Origin: a virus
Taxonomy: Duplodnaviria > Caudoviricetes
Length of the DNA stretch: 28,199 bases
Direction: 5' to 3' (one strand)
Virus record (IMG/VR): IMGVR_UViG_3300008097_000013
Span: 1 to 28,199 of that record
Part shown: positions 23,201-27,516 of the stretch, piece after piece
Position numbering within the stretch: position 1 is the first letter of the stretch
Layout: each line of letters begins with the position of its first letter
The notes under the pieces: generated by a model
Database searches by the model: none
Seen by the model: only the letters and a program-made list of their open reading frames with translations
Told to the model about the DNA's origin: nothing
Translations under genes and position numbers: made by a program

Positions 23201-23298
23201 GCTAAAAAATCTCCAGCAAGGGGAAAATCAGCCTTTATAAAATCAGGAAGCTGATTTTTAACGACTGCACTAATTTTGACTCTTGTATTTTCTGACAT
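11272..23298 (-). CDS. gp7: Baseplate wedge initiator gp7-like giant protein with YHYH-like domain and repeated beta modules
   Basis: 4008 aa between gp6 and gp8. Contains 'KDFYSSKGT..SF.ILFKALYG', 'DSEYYQYFSYSLKS......W...V..LNHTSGFKKF' and 'SPIIGWAYDGSPIYGPYGY...DLDEHNGRFCKTPEYPNGVYAYF'. Confidence 0.85.
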   Translation of the reverse strand: MSENTRVKISAVVKNQLPDFIKADFPLAGDFLAQYYTALEGQGATLDILQNIDKYVKVDELTDLIESTKLSNKVGIADNTITVDSTTGFPESYGLLEIDSEIVTYTGITTNTFTGCSRGFSGITSYRDPNVPDELVFTNSGISTHSSGTVVNNLSIRFLEEFFKKVKKQVSPGFEERKLDDDINKRLFLKQSKDFYSSKGTDRSFEILFKALYGEDVDVIKPRDFLFIPSNSNYKISKQIVVEAIDGDPEDLINRNLFQDNVDGFPKATGAINNVEKIVRADKTYYRMSLDYTPRTTSSISGEFSIHPNTKLVDPISIGSSVISVDSTVGFGTTGTLVARFADGTSNTIKYTSKSLNQFFGCSGVDNNIAATQDIVVNSHAYGYSGVGTANVVKVRVTGVLSNLDTDFESNYLSEIGDVIEPKGLGSNTNNPILKTLFSNISTTYDIESIELVDESNFTYKLTLFDNHDFIIGDNALINTINCSIISLISSKEVLMKGAGRLSENTEYRIQRLISKANLSNYSDANIYTTNVQNSYLNERRNETIIASPSIPNYFNQSLDIRDTDLVFSGVFSDSTEITIPNHGLITGEKVTYVGKGDDNKLDITEDEYFIKKVDINTIKLSRSNANISNDNYVSFSGTVSDNVLEISEFAKKSIRSQKLLRKIQTPTSSTISNSTQSGKTGILVNGVEILNYKSNDVVYYGPLDEISVLSEGSEYDIVNPPIVSVSDQTGIGVSAFCEVQGTIERIDVVDGGFDYLTTPTLKITGGNGKGCIANANLVLKDHSVEFNTIKTAGLVDITSNTIGFSTYHKFRDAELVSYNTEGQTAIAGLTTNASYFCCVKDATTVSLHKNYQDAIAGISTVDLTNYGAGIHELKCQSQKRIISSVSIGNSGSGYTNKLTSITSVGINTATNTINIKNHGYKTGEKIRYDSKGTSVIGLSTLTDYYVTEVSGDAFRLSSVGVGSTAANFYFKNKKYIDLKSGGSGIHEFNYPPIKIEISGHIGVSTFSGQDFNASLRAAGRGSIKSVYVADGGQGYGSANIINYNKQPEFTLKSGKNAQLYPIVSVGGKITEVLVLNAGTEYNSAPELKITGEGTGCIITPILKNGSIDSVNIVHSGIGYTSTSAKIEITPNGKECKLYSNPKTWTINTFERLLQNDQITTDDGVISKGLNPDYELQYTHLYAPRKLRQSTYVKKSVGDKEVFVADLSLENDIEQDSGTHSPIIGWAYDGSPIYGPYGYSTNSGGSLKILQSGYSVSISSYRPNPLTVNGEKIYPDGFFVEDYAFTPDKDLDEHNGRFCKTPEYPNGVYAYFSTINPDVKDSEGSFKNYRRPQFPYFIGNSYKHQPIDFNFLIASNQDDIDINDTDLIRNTRPYNFLFKKTAYDFLVNPNDINQQKTFITDTTEGSIDSVGIVTGGADYKVRDMIFFDNEGSSGYQAKAGVSLIEGKTINSISIANTTFNDVEFISTPDSSSYVGYTTIPHNFYETEWAIITGLSTDGFVNNQPQSVGIKTEKFKLFTEVSGISTTGIVTFFNLVGDLDPFSIRENDILGIGTEQVKVLNVDPELSRVRVLRQYDSTVGSSHTANSLVSAKPRTISFGPIGGGDISNYRLNKELYFNPKESVALGNVSGVGIGSTLFFSNPGTGISEIFIPTKSIYIKNHGLKSGDSLTYRTNDGTALGVSTDGTMTFTLAQGSTVYASPLSKDIIGISTARVGLGATGAYIGINSTTNISTLYFTGIGTGLYHSFKTNYTNVLSGKVNRSLATVATAATHGLKAKDVVSLDVLPGISTTIVVAYNDYNRRLVIDPRTFTSGNVNTSDNTITISRHGYESGQKVIHTADTSSGGLVDNGIYYVYVVDIDRIKLCVDYYQAVDITPTIVSITSASAGTISPINPNISLEKDQKIVFDLSNSSLAFTNNDVSYSAFDFNLYSDKNLDNLFFTSGETDDFNISKTGRIGIDATATLTIKNVEEISEDLYYNLTPINEVLNSDVKKEIIRDDINNYNSNSISWDFNPLSGSHSLVGVGTTTFLFSVEDIPQKLEYVAADGEFSYVTNSLNAQGPINAVTILSQGKRYRTLPGISTITSIFGKGAVLNPKSSNIGRISAVDIKNIGFDYSADKTLRPEAQIPQLIEVDALSSLKSVGISSVGKNYLDSPGLVVLDGLTNKIVRDIDLDYELGDDEVTILRNSKILNNATPTVLPISNSNGISINNIDYDSGNNNVTVTIGASFSDAADYPFEVGKKVMIEGVSVGVGSTGKGYNSEGYNYTLFEILETDPNIGGALGTVRYSLNNILGEGEVPGAFKSSLSSGKLIPQEYFPIFDIKIEDNKFEVGEILVSGNKVGVLQSWNPISGTLKVSSINDFVAGEPLTGQSSKTKSTITKATQYKEIYNIDSSSITNEGWKTNSGFLNDNQQRIFDSEYYQYFSYSLKSEVQYSKWNEPVSTLNHTSGFKKFSDLIVRSETDVGVNTTQDQTKFEVVTDLISIMDLNTVFDFDLVREKTLEIDSSVISDELVFDSKILLDYKESIGNRVLTIDDISGDFNNNARTDAFMSVDSFTLASVRYRKYLTFIRDKRYTKERQILLVSALHDDSGNIFLNQYGRVETNTDLGEFGGDLGSYDMDIAGDDGRLLFYPKKFKYNNYDVSNVAFNISDSVAGVGSTGLGGIVNITSSTTTIPLGITTQHSIISFATTYRGSKVLVSYAASDASYWEHDEITLVHDGTNVDMIEYGQLTTGNVGSASGEPGLGTYSAYIAGSRVHLDLHPTVSTASTYVANTVHVDFGNASSAGVGTTSLNTANLDSRYTAISSSGSPSATTVAQYETETFNGAYYVVCVEDTTNSHYQISEVIVVDDGTTSYITEYAINQTVTNLGDFGAAISGDYTTLTFTPIASANVQVRVFQAALRLVDEANENTEIDLTNATIDTGFGAYTATETDVKRAFDLNHRQLPIFKRDFVGSAATTVNLTEDTITLPDHYFVTGEELSYRYTGSGTTSAIEITSQSIPGYGTTDKMPSTVYAVKVDDTTLRLATSAENALKTTPTYLDITAVGVGTSHSFTSKKQNSRCILSIDNVVQSPIVSTAVTTTITADVSATTDKIKLSGITSITGGDMLKIGDEIMKVDSVGLGATNVLLVTRPWMGTQSGVHSDGTLITKVEGNYNIVDSTVNFFTAPVGLTPLSTTTNEPDERDWVGIATHSSFNGRSFMRSGITGSADEPYSKNYIFDDISGNFTGLTTQFTLQSDGSNIAGFSTNNALILVNQIPQGPQRYTGGVHIPGDYTLIEGSVGITSIQFTGSIASVTSDPNSSNVPLGGVIVSVGSTEGLGYQPLVSAGGTAVVSGLGTISSVSIGNSGSGYRTGIQTIVNVGVQTLSTGAPNIEFIGTAAISGGNIVSIAITNPGTGYTSTNPPAVVIDEPLSYDNMPLFYCSNQSGVGSEARANIVVGLGGSVIDFEIINQGYGYGETQKLTIGVGGAVGIPTAGADEFREFQLTVNETVSDSFAGWTVGDFQVLDTLDSLFDGKTTSFALNLNGVQQTIQSKPGSNIDVEVAILVFINDILQVPDVGYEFKGGSYITFKEAPKNGDTSKILFYQGTGSVDVTDVDILETVKKGDELKLYDQDIALEENKRSVTTINSSDSVNTNLYPGPGITTNESFQRAVTWSRQTQDKFIDGEAVTKDRPHYEPLIYPNTNIIQSVGVGSTVIFVSNIRTFFDSSKENYSGQNDIRIISQDSIVGASATAFVSAAGTVTSFDITNPGVGYTIAPSVSITTPIGLTTSQGARATATISGVGTVNAITVSYGGTTTGFAYTNTAAPSVLIGEPKSIASIETIKDVTYSGDFGIISGISTTSVGVASTGIVFDLLLPNDSLFRNSATVGTALTVSGISTGYYFTVSNSNVGASVTSLYQDGTVVGIGTSFLDNVYEVAQVSIAQTMGIGIGLTYVAQVTVSVQDYNGLTGLGYSEFFGEYSWGRIATAPRGNARVFTSYAGNSDGLVGITTSPILERVNPLRYVNYNT

Positions 23299-23316
23299 TT
23301 ATCCTTATGGGATGAA

Positions 23317-25314
23317 TTAATATGGTAATGTATTAGGAGACCCTAAGATATATGTATCTGAGGAAGTAAGGGTAGTATTTACAACAGATTCATTATCTGC
23401 CAACCTTGCTATTTTATCACCACTATAACTTGATGTAGCTGTATAAAGAGTACCTGCAGAATTTTCACCAGAAGTGATACTATCTGATACCATATCCACA
23501 GTGCTGTTTGTTACATCTAATTGTAAGTATAAATCTTGTAATCCTATAATATCATTTGATTTTGGACATGCAGAAACTTCTATAATTGGAACATCTTGAA
23601 CAGTTTTAGAAGTTCCTGTAATATTAATAGAATCAATCATTATTTCAGCTCTTTCATAATCAATAGTACCTATATTACCTGCTACAATAACAGGAGCATT
23701 GGTAGATACTAATTTAAATAGAAATAGAGTACCTTCTTTGTCACTAGTAGGTTGATCTGTCAAATAAACAGTTTCTGCTACTCCAAATATATTAAATCCT
23801 GAAGATCTAATATTATATCCATTAGTAGCATCTTTTATATAAAATGGATTGCCAAAACAAAGCTCATATTCAGCATTTTGATTTAATAAAGGTTTCATAT
23901 CTCTTCTAATTTGAACTTTAGTGATATTAGAAGTTATTGACTCATTACTATTGTCTACTATTCCTTGGAATTTACTATATTTGAATTTTGCTCCATATCT
24001 ATTCATATCTTCTGAATCTGCATACCTAGTGATGTTATTTAAAACAACAGTTTTTACTGCAGCACTATCAGATGCTAAATTTGGGTTATAATATGCATTT
24101 ACATCTACTTCAACATACAAATATTTCAAATCTTGAATTTCTGTAACTATTCCAGCAACAGAATACTTCCTTAACATAGTATTAAGGTTATTTTTAATAG
24201 AATCTGGTACATAAGGTCCATAAAATGGTTTTATTGTGATAAAAACCTTTCCATATTGAGGAGGACTTAATTCTTCACCTCCAAAAACTGAAACTGACTC
24301 AGTTTCTGGGTAAATTTTAGGAATTAATGCCTCATAATCACCAGCAGTCACTGCTCTGTTGTATGCTGAGTAAATTTTAGGTGCAAAACGCTTTACAGAG
24401 TCTACAGATTCAATTTCTTTACCTCCTACAGACTCATTTACAGTAGAAAATAGTGAAATTCCAGAACTTACAAGGTTATTATTGTTATCTCCAATTCTTC
24501 CATTAAAACTAAAGGAAGAAATTCCATTTCCATCCTTTCCGCTACTAGTAATATAGGAAACTTCAATATAATTAAGTGCTTTTAACTTTTCTCCAAAGAT
24601 TCCATCACCAAAAATGAGCTCATATCTCTGATCTTCTATTTCTTGAAGGAAATATACCCTAGAAGTGGAGGTAACTTCTAATAATGTATCAGAAAATACA
24701 TATTTTTTAGAAGAAGTACTAGCTTCTGTGTCTCTTACAGTAACTTCTAGTGTAGAAGTATCAATATGCTCATTTTCTAAGATATATCTTGAAGGAGGAG
24801 CAGGTGTATTTGAAGAAACAGTGAAATTTGAGGTTAAAAATGTGCCTTCATAGATCGTAACATTACTAAAAGTAGCAATTCCATCAACCACAGGTACAGT
24901 TATGTCACTCGGAATGGAAAAAGAGTAACTTTCTGACCCAAATACTGATGATGAAGTAGCAACTATACCCTTTTTAAGGGTTAAAGTGACAGGTTTAGTA
25001 GTAAAACCAGTTGTATCTACGTAAAATGAAATTATTGCCTTTGCAGCAGTCCTAGATCTGGGAGTATATCCAATATTTCTTGCTAATGCTACTACATTTT
25101 CCCTTAAAGTAGCACTATCTATGAAAACCTCATTGCTAACCATGTTAGCATTGTAGGAAGAAATGTAAGTATTGTATGCTAATACATCAATTATGTTAGA
25201 AAGATTAGATCCTTCAAAATCATAATCAGTAAAATTGGAATTTTCTCTCAAATAATCCGTTAAGGATGTTTTTATTTGATCGAAATCAAGATCTGTAAAG
25301 TTTACTAATGCCAT
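23317..25314 (-). CDS. gp6: Baseplate wedge subunit gp6
   Basis: 665 aa with 'LDFDQIK..L..YL....FTDYDFEGSNLS..IDVLAYNT....YNANM..NEVFIDSATLRENVV.LA..IGYTP' and 'RAVTAGDY', 'YGKVFI', all gp6 hallmarks. Confidence 0.95.
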   Translation of the reverse strand: MALVNFTDLDFDQIKTSLTDYLRENSNFTDYDFEGSNLSNIIDVLAYNTYISSYNANMVSNEVFIDSATLRENVVALARNIGYTPRSRTAAKAIISFYVDTTGFTTKPVTLTLKKGIVATSSSVFGSESYSFSIPSDITVPVVDGIATFSNVTIYEGTFLTSNFTVSSNTPAPPSRYILENEHIDTSTLEVTVRDTEASTSSKKYVFSDTLLEVTSTSRVYFLQEIEDQRYELIFGDGIFGEKLKALNYIEVSYITSSGKDGNGISSFSFNGRIGDNNNNLVSSGISLFSTVNESVGGKEIESVDSVKRFAPKIYSAYNRAVTAGDYEALIPKIYPETESVSVFGGEELSPPQYGKVFITIKPFYGPYVPDSIKNNLNTMLRKYSVAGIVTEIQDLKYLYVEVDVNAYYNPNLASDSAAVKTVVLNNITRYADSEDMNRYGAKFKYSKFQGIVDNSNESITSNITKVQIRRDMKPLLNQNAEYELCFGNPFYIKDATNGYNIRSSGFNIFGVAETVYLTDQPTSDKEGTLFLFKLVSTNAPVIVAGNIGTIDYERAEIMIDSINITGTSKTVQDVPIIEVSACPKSNDIIGLQDLYLQLDVTNSTVDMVSDSITSGENSAGTLYTATSSYSGDKIARLADNESVVNTTLTSSDTYILGSPNTLPY

Positions 25315-25716
25315 TTATCTAGTCTGCTGTAGTGCAAAGTTTAATTGTTGAGGAAGAGCCTCAATTCCAATGATGTCGTAGGTAATAGTTACATCAAAAG
25401 AGTTTTCATCATAGTTAGGAATTGCCTTTACATCTTGTAATTTTACTCTTGGTTCATATCTAATGATAGTTTCTTCAATTTCATCCCTAATAGATGCTGC
25501 AGAAATCTCATCTATATTCTCAAATAGTGATTGACTCACTCTAGAACCCAAATCAGGGTTAAAAAAACGTTCTCCTGGTGTAGTAAGAACTAAATTTCTA
25601 ATAGAACGTGAGATTGCAATGTCATTATTGACACCAATAACGTCATTAGTGATAGGATTTGTCTTAAAAGACATGCTAATGTCCTTAAATCCTTTACTAA
25701 TCCTTTCTACAGGCAT
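25315..25716 (-). CDS. gp25: Baseplate wedge subunit gp25
   Basis: 133 aa with 'SIRNLVLTTPGERFFNPDLGS...LFE...I..YEPRV', the GPW/gp25 family signature. Abuts gp6. Confidence 0.95.
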   Translation of the reverse strand: MPVERISKGFKDISMSFKTNPITNDVIGVNNDIAISRSIRNLVLTTPGERFFNPDLGSRVSQSLFENIDEISAASIRDEIEETIIRYEPRVKLQDVKAIPNYDENSFDVTITYDIIGIEALPQQLNFALQQTR

Positions 25717-25737
25717 GAAACAACGGTAAATATAAGT

Positions 25738-25744
25738 TATTTAT
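25738..25744 (-). promoter_or_regulatory. T4-type late promoter ATAAATA for the gp25-gp6-gp7 operon
   Basis: TATTTAT on +, about 21 nt upstream of the gp25 ATG. Confidence 0.75.
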
Positions 25745-25803
25745 GAGCGTTTATATAGTAAAAAGTTTTTCCACAAGACTAAACCCTGTTTTCAGGGGGG
25801 TTA

Positions 25804-25821
25804 TATTTAGGCGACTAAATA
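25804..25821. promoter_or_regulatory. Back-to-back late promoter motifs forming a hairpin (TATTTAG-GCGA-CTAAATA)
   Basis: CTAAATA on - at 25810-25804 and on + at 25815-25821, separated by GCGA. Confidence 0.6.
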
Positions 25822-25825
25822 AAGT

Positions 25826-25890
25826 GTCATAAGAATTACGAGCTCTAATGACTTTATACCACTGAACACCCTGTAAAAAGGGTGTTTTTT
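25826..25890 (+). ncRNA. Putative small RNA (~65 nt), antisense to the start region of the downstream small ORF
   Basis: Bounded by a CTAAATA late promoter (25815-21) and a plus-strand intrinsic terminator (25865-90), with no credible ORF. 25828-25845 is 17/18 complementary to 25940-25957. Ends are approximate. Confidence 0.4.
25865..25890 (+). terminator. Intrinsic terminator, plus strand
   Basis: AACACCCT-GTAAAA-AGGGTGTT (8-bp stem) ending in a T6 run (25885-25890). Confidence 0.7.
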
Positions 25891-25921
25891 GATGCAAATC
25901 TATACTTGTGGAAAAAGGTAG

Positions 25922-25928
25922 CTAAATA
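25922..25928 (+). promoter_or_regulatory. Late promoter motif CTAAATA for the plus-strand small ORF
   Basis: CTAAATA 26 nt upstream of ATG 25955, similar to the promoter-ATG spacing at gp13, gp8 and gp25. Confidence 0.55.
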
Positions 25929-25954
25929 ACTTTCATAACGAGCTCGTAACTCTT

Positions 25955-26095
25955 ATGTTAACTAAATGCGCACGTCCTTATGCGGTAGAAGAGGGAACAC
26001 TTTTCATGTTGAAACCTTGGTTTCCACCTTTTTCTGATTCAGATAAGTGGTACAAGAGAAATAATTTAGAATTACCCAATAAAAAAGGACTCTAA
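25955..26095 (+). CDS. Putative small protein, 46 aa, opposite strand to all neighbours
   Basis: MLTKCARPYAVEEGTLFMLKPWFPPFSDSDKWYKRNNLELPNKKGL*. It has a late promoter upstream and its stop lies in the bidirectional terminator loop. An alternative start at ATG 26006 has GAGGG 10 nt upstream. Confidence 0.4.
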   Translation: MLTKCARPYAVEEGTLFMLKPWFPPFSDSDKWYKRNNLELPNKKGL

Positions 26096-26106
26096 TGAGT
26101 CCTTTT
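26081..26106. terminator. Bidirectional intrinsic terminator
   Basis: AAAAGGACTC-TAAT-GAGTCCTTTT perfect stem with A/T tracts on both sides. It lies right after the stop of the minus-strand 47-aa gene and at the stop of the plus-strand ORF. Confidence 0.85.
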
Positions 26107-26108
26107 AA

Positions 26109-26252
26109 CTATCTTCCTTGTCCTCTATACCTTTTTTTGGGTTTATTGGCACTAGTAGCAGCATACTTAGTGTGTTTTCCCCTTCCTTGGTAAGTCTTTT
26201 TAGGTATGGTTTCTACATAATCACCACCAGAGAGAGATTTTTTGACTGGCAT
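26109..26252 (-). CDS. Small highly basic protein (47 aa)
   Basis: MPVKKSLSGGDYVETIPKKTYQGRGKHTKYAATSANKPKKRYRGQGR*. TAATG overlap with the upstream stop and followed by a terminator. Not in the ORF track. Confidence 0.8.
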   Translation of the reverse strand: MPVKKSLSGGDYVETIPKKTYQGRGKHTKYAATSANKPKKRYRGQGR

Positions 26253-26458
26253 TAGTTTTGATCCTCCAGATCTTTCATAATTTTGTCAGAGATCGCTAGA
26301 ACGTTACTCACATTCTTAAGATTCTCTATTTGAAACATTACATCAGCAATGTGTTTGCTAATATAAGGTTCTTCTGTTCTTGCTGCAAAGGAAAGAGCAT
26401 TCCTTAAAGATGCAACTGCCTCATCTAAAGAGGCTTCTACTTGTTTTGATAGTGTCAT
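26252..26458 (-). CDS. Hypothetical helical protein (68 aa)
   Basis: MTLSKQVEASLDEAVASLRNALSFAARTEEPYISKHIA... The ATG at 26458 follows the stop of the upstream gene and has GGAG upstream, so it is preferred to the 26545 start that overlaps that gene. Confidence 0.8.
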   Translation of the reverse strand: MTLSKQVEASLDEAVASLRNALSFAARTEEPYISKHIADVMFQIENLKNVSNVLAISDKIMKDLEDQN

Positions 26459-26468
26459 TAGAGGTCTC

Positions 26469-27236
26469 CTAGATAACTCTGTTCTTTTCATGACCCACCC
26501 TAATACGAGGGTCACACCATATCTCATCCCCAGCTTCAATAGCATCTAAACAGAATGAGACATCCTCACCACACATGTCTTGTACTGCCCCAGATTCAAA
26601 GACTTGCATCTTAGGAGCAAACCAAGGATAAGGAAGATTTTCAAAGACACCCTTCTTAATTAATACCCAACCAAATCCAGTATAATCAACTGTGAAAGGT
26701 TTCTTGCGCTTACTCATAGTCTCAACAGTTTCATGATTCATCACTCCACCATTCTTTCTGAAATCATCTTCCTCTAACCAGTGAGCAACTGAGGTAGTTG
26801 TGCCATCTTCAGTAGCATACCAACCAGCACTGATTCTCTTTTCATCTCCTTCTGCTGGTACTGCCATATCACAGAGTTGCCAGAACTTTTCTGTGTTAAA
26901 GACAATATCAGAGTCAATCCATAACTGATAGTCATATTCAAGTTTACCATCCCAAGGAATCTGCTTAGGTCCTCTGAGAACATTAGCACCTAATACCTTA
27001 CATCTAGCAAAGTTAACCATAGAGGAATAGTCTTGACTAATCTGAATAGACATTCCATTCTGTACCATGTCAAAACATAACTGTACAAAATTCTTTAAAA
27101 AGATATAACTACATCCTCTACCAGGTAAGCAGAAAACTATTGTCTTACCTTTCATTCTTTCCTTGATTGCAGTATAGTCCCAATCAGGTGCTTTTGCTTT
27201 GGGTGCTGCTGCCTTAACAGTAAATCCTTTTGCCAT
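26469..27236 (-). CDS. Glycosyltransferase-like protein (GT-A fold / GT2-like)
   Basis: 255 aa with a DxD motif 'LWIDSDIVF' after a beta strand, 'NFARCK', 'TGFGWVLIKKGVFE', 'GEDVSFC' (ED catalytic-type motif) and C-terminal 'IWCDPRIRVGH'. Confidence 0.7.
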   Translation of the reverse strand: MAKGFTVKAAAPKAKAPDWDYTAIKERMKGKTIVFCLPGRGCSYIFLKNFVQLCFDMVQNGMSIQISQDYSSMVNFARCKVLGANVLRGPKQIPWDGKLEYDYQLWIDSDIVFNTEKFWQLCDMAVPAEGDEKRISAGWYATEDGTTTSVAHWLEEDDFRKNGGVMNHETVETMSKRKKPFTVDYTGFGWVLIKKGVFENLPYPWFAPKMQVFESGAVQDMCGEDVSFCLDAIEAGDEIWCDPRIRVGHEKNRVI

Positions 27237-27259
27237 AACTGTGTAATACCTTCAATTCA

Positions 27260-27288
27260 ATTATAGAGTAATTATATGTATATGTCAA
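27260..27288 (-). promoter_or_regulatory. Perfect sigma70 promoter TTGACA-N17-TATAAT (early type)
   Basis: On -, TTGACA at 27288-27283, a 17-nt spacer, and TATAAT at 27265-27260, 23 nt upstream of the glycosyltransferase-like ATG. Confidence 0.9.
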
Positions 27289-27515
27289 TAACTATCTTCT
27301 TCCCATTCCTGTTTGTAGATAACCCTACCTGGTCCTCCAACTCCACACTTAGGACCTAATTTAATATATGATAAATCCTTCTCTGAATAATCTGTCTTGA
27401 GCAATCCTACCATTACATTTAATAACTGCCATTTCTCCTCAAAGTCCTCTTCATTTAAATTACAATAAAGAACTTTGTCCTTTGCATATATGTGATAACT
27501 TGTGTCCATTTCCAT
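27285..27515 (-). CDS. Hypothetical protein (76 aa)
   Basis: Same strand as neighbours, tight spacing; 'YHIYAKDKVLYCNLNEEDFEEKW..L..MVGL..TDY' looks like a small cyanophage protein. Confidence 0.8.
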   Translation of the reverse strand: MEMDTSYHIYAKDKVLYCNLNEEDFEEKWQLLNVMVGLLKTDYSEKDLSYIKLGPKCGVGGPGRVIYKQEWEEDSY

Positions 27516-27516
27516 A

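Larger units (their letters stand above)
25766..25916. repeat. 12-bp perfect inverted repeat containing TTTTCCACA (DnaA-box-like)
   Basis: TTTTTCCACAAG at 25766-25777 and CTTGTGGAAAAA at 25905-25916 are exact reverse complements. Confidence 0.85.

Noticed and set aside
1551-23298. Inteins, introns, homing endonucleases or DGR target repeats in the giant ORFs
   Set aside because: No intein splice-junction, LAGLIDADG or HNH motifs noticed; ORFs are uninterrupted; no reverse transcriptase or adenine-variant repeat pair seen by eye.
24665-24853. 62-aa plus-strand ORF
   Set aside because: Antisense shadow within gp6.
25766-25916. MITE or invertible segment bounded by the 12-bp inverted repeat
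   Set aside because: No target-site duplication in the flanks and no transposase or recombinase in the window. Inversion is not excluded without read data.
26011-26043. Short palindromes GAAACC-TT-GGTTTC and TCTGA-T-TCAGA inside the 46-codon ORF
   Set aside because: Individually short enough to arise by chance, so not called separately, though they leave open that unit 2 is a structured RNA rather than an mRNA.
26459-26989. 5' extension of the 97-aa ORF to 26545, and the 71-aa ORF at 26774-26989
   Set aside because: Both overlap the glycosyltransferase-like gene in another frame; ATG 26458 is the better start for the former.
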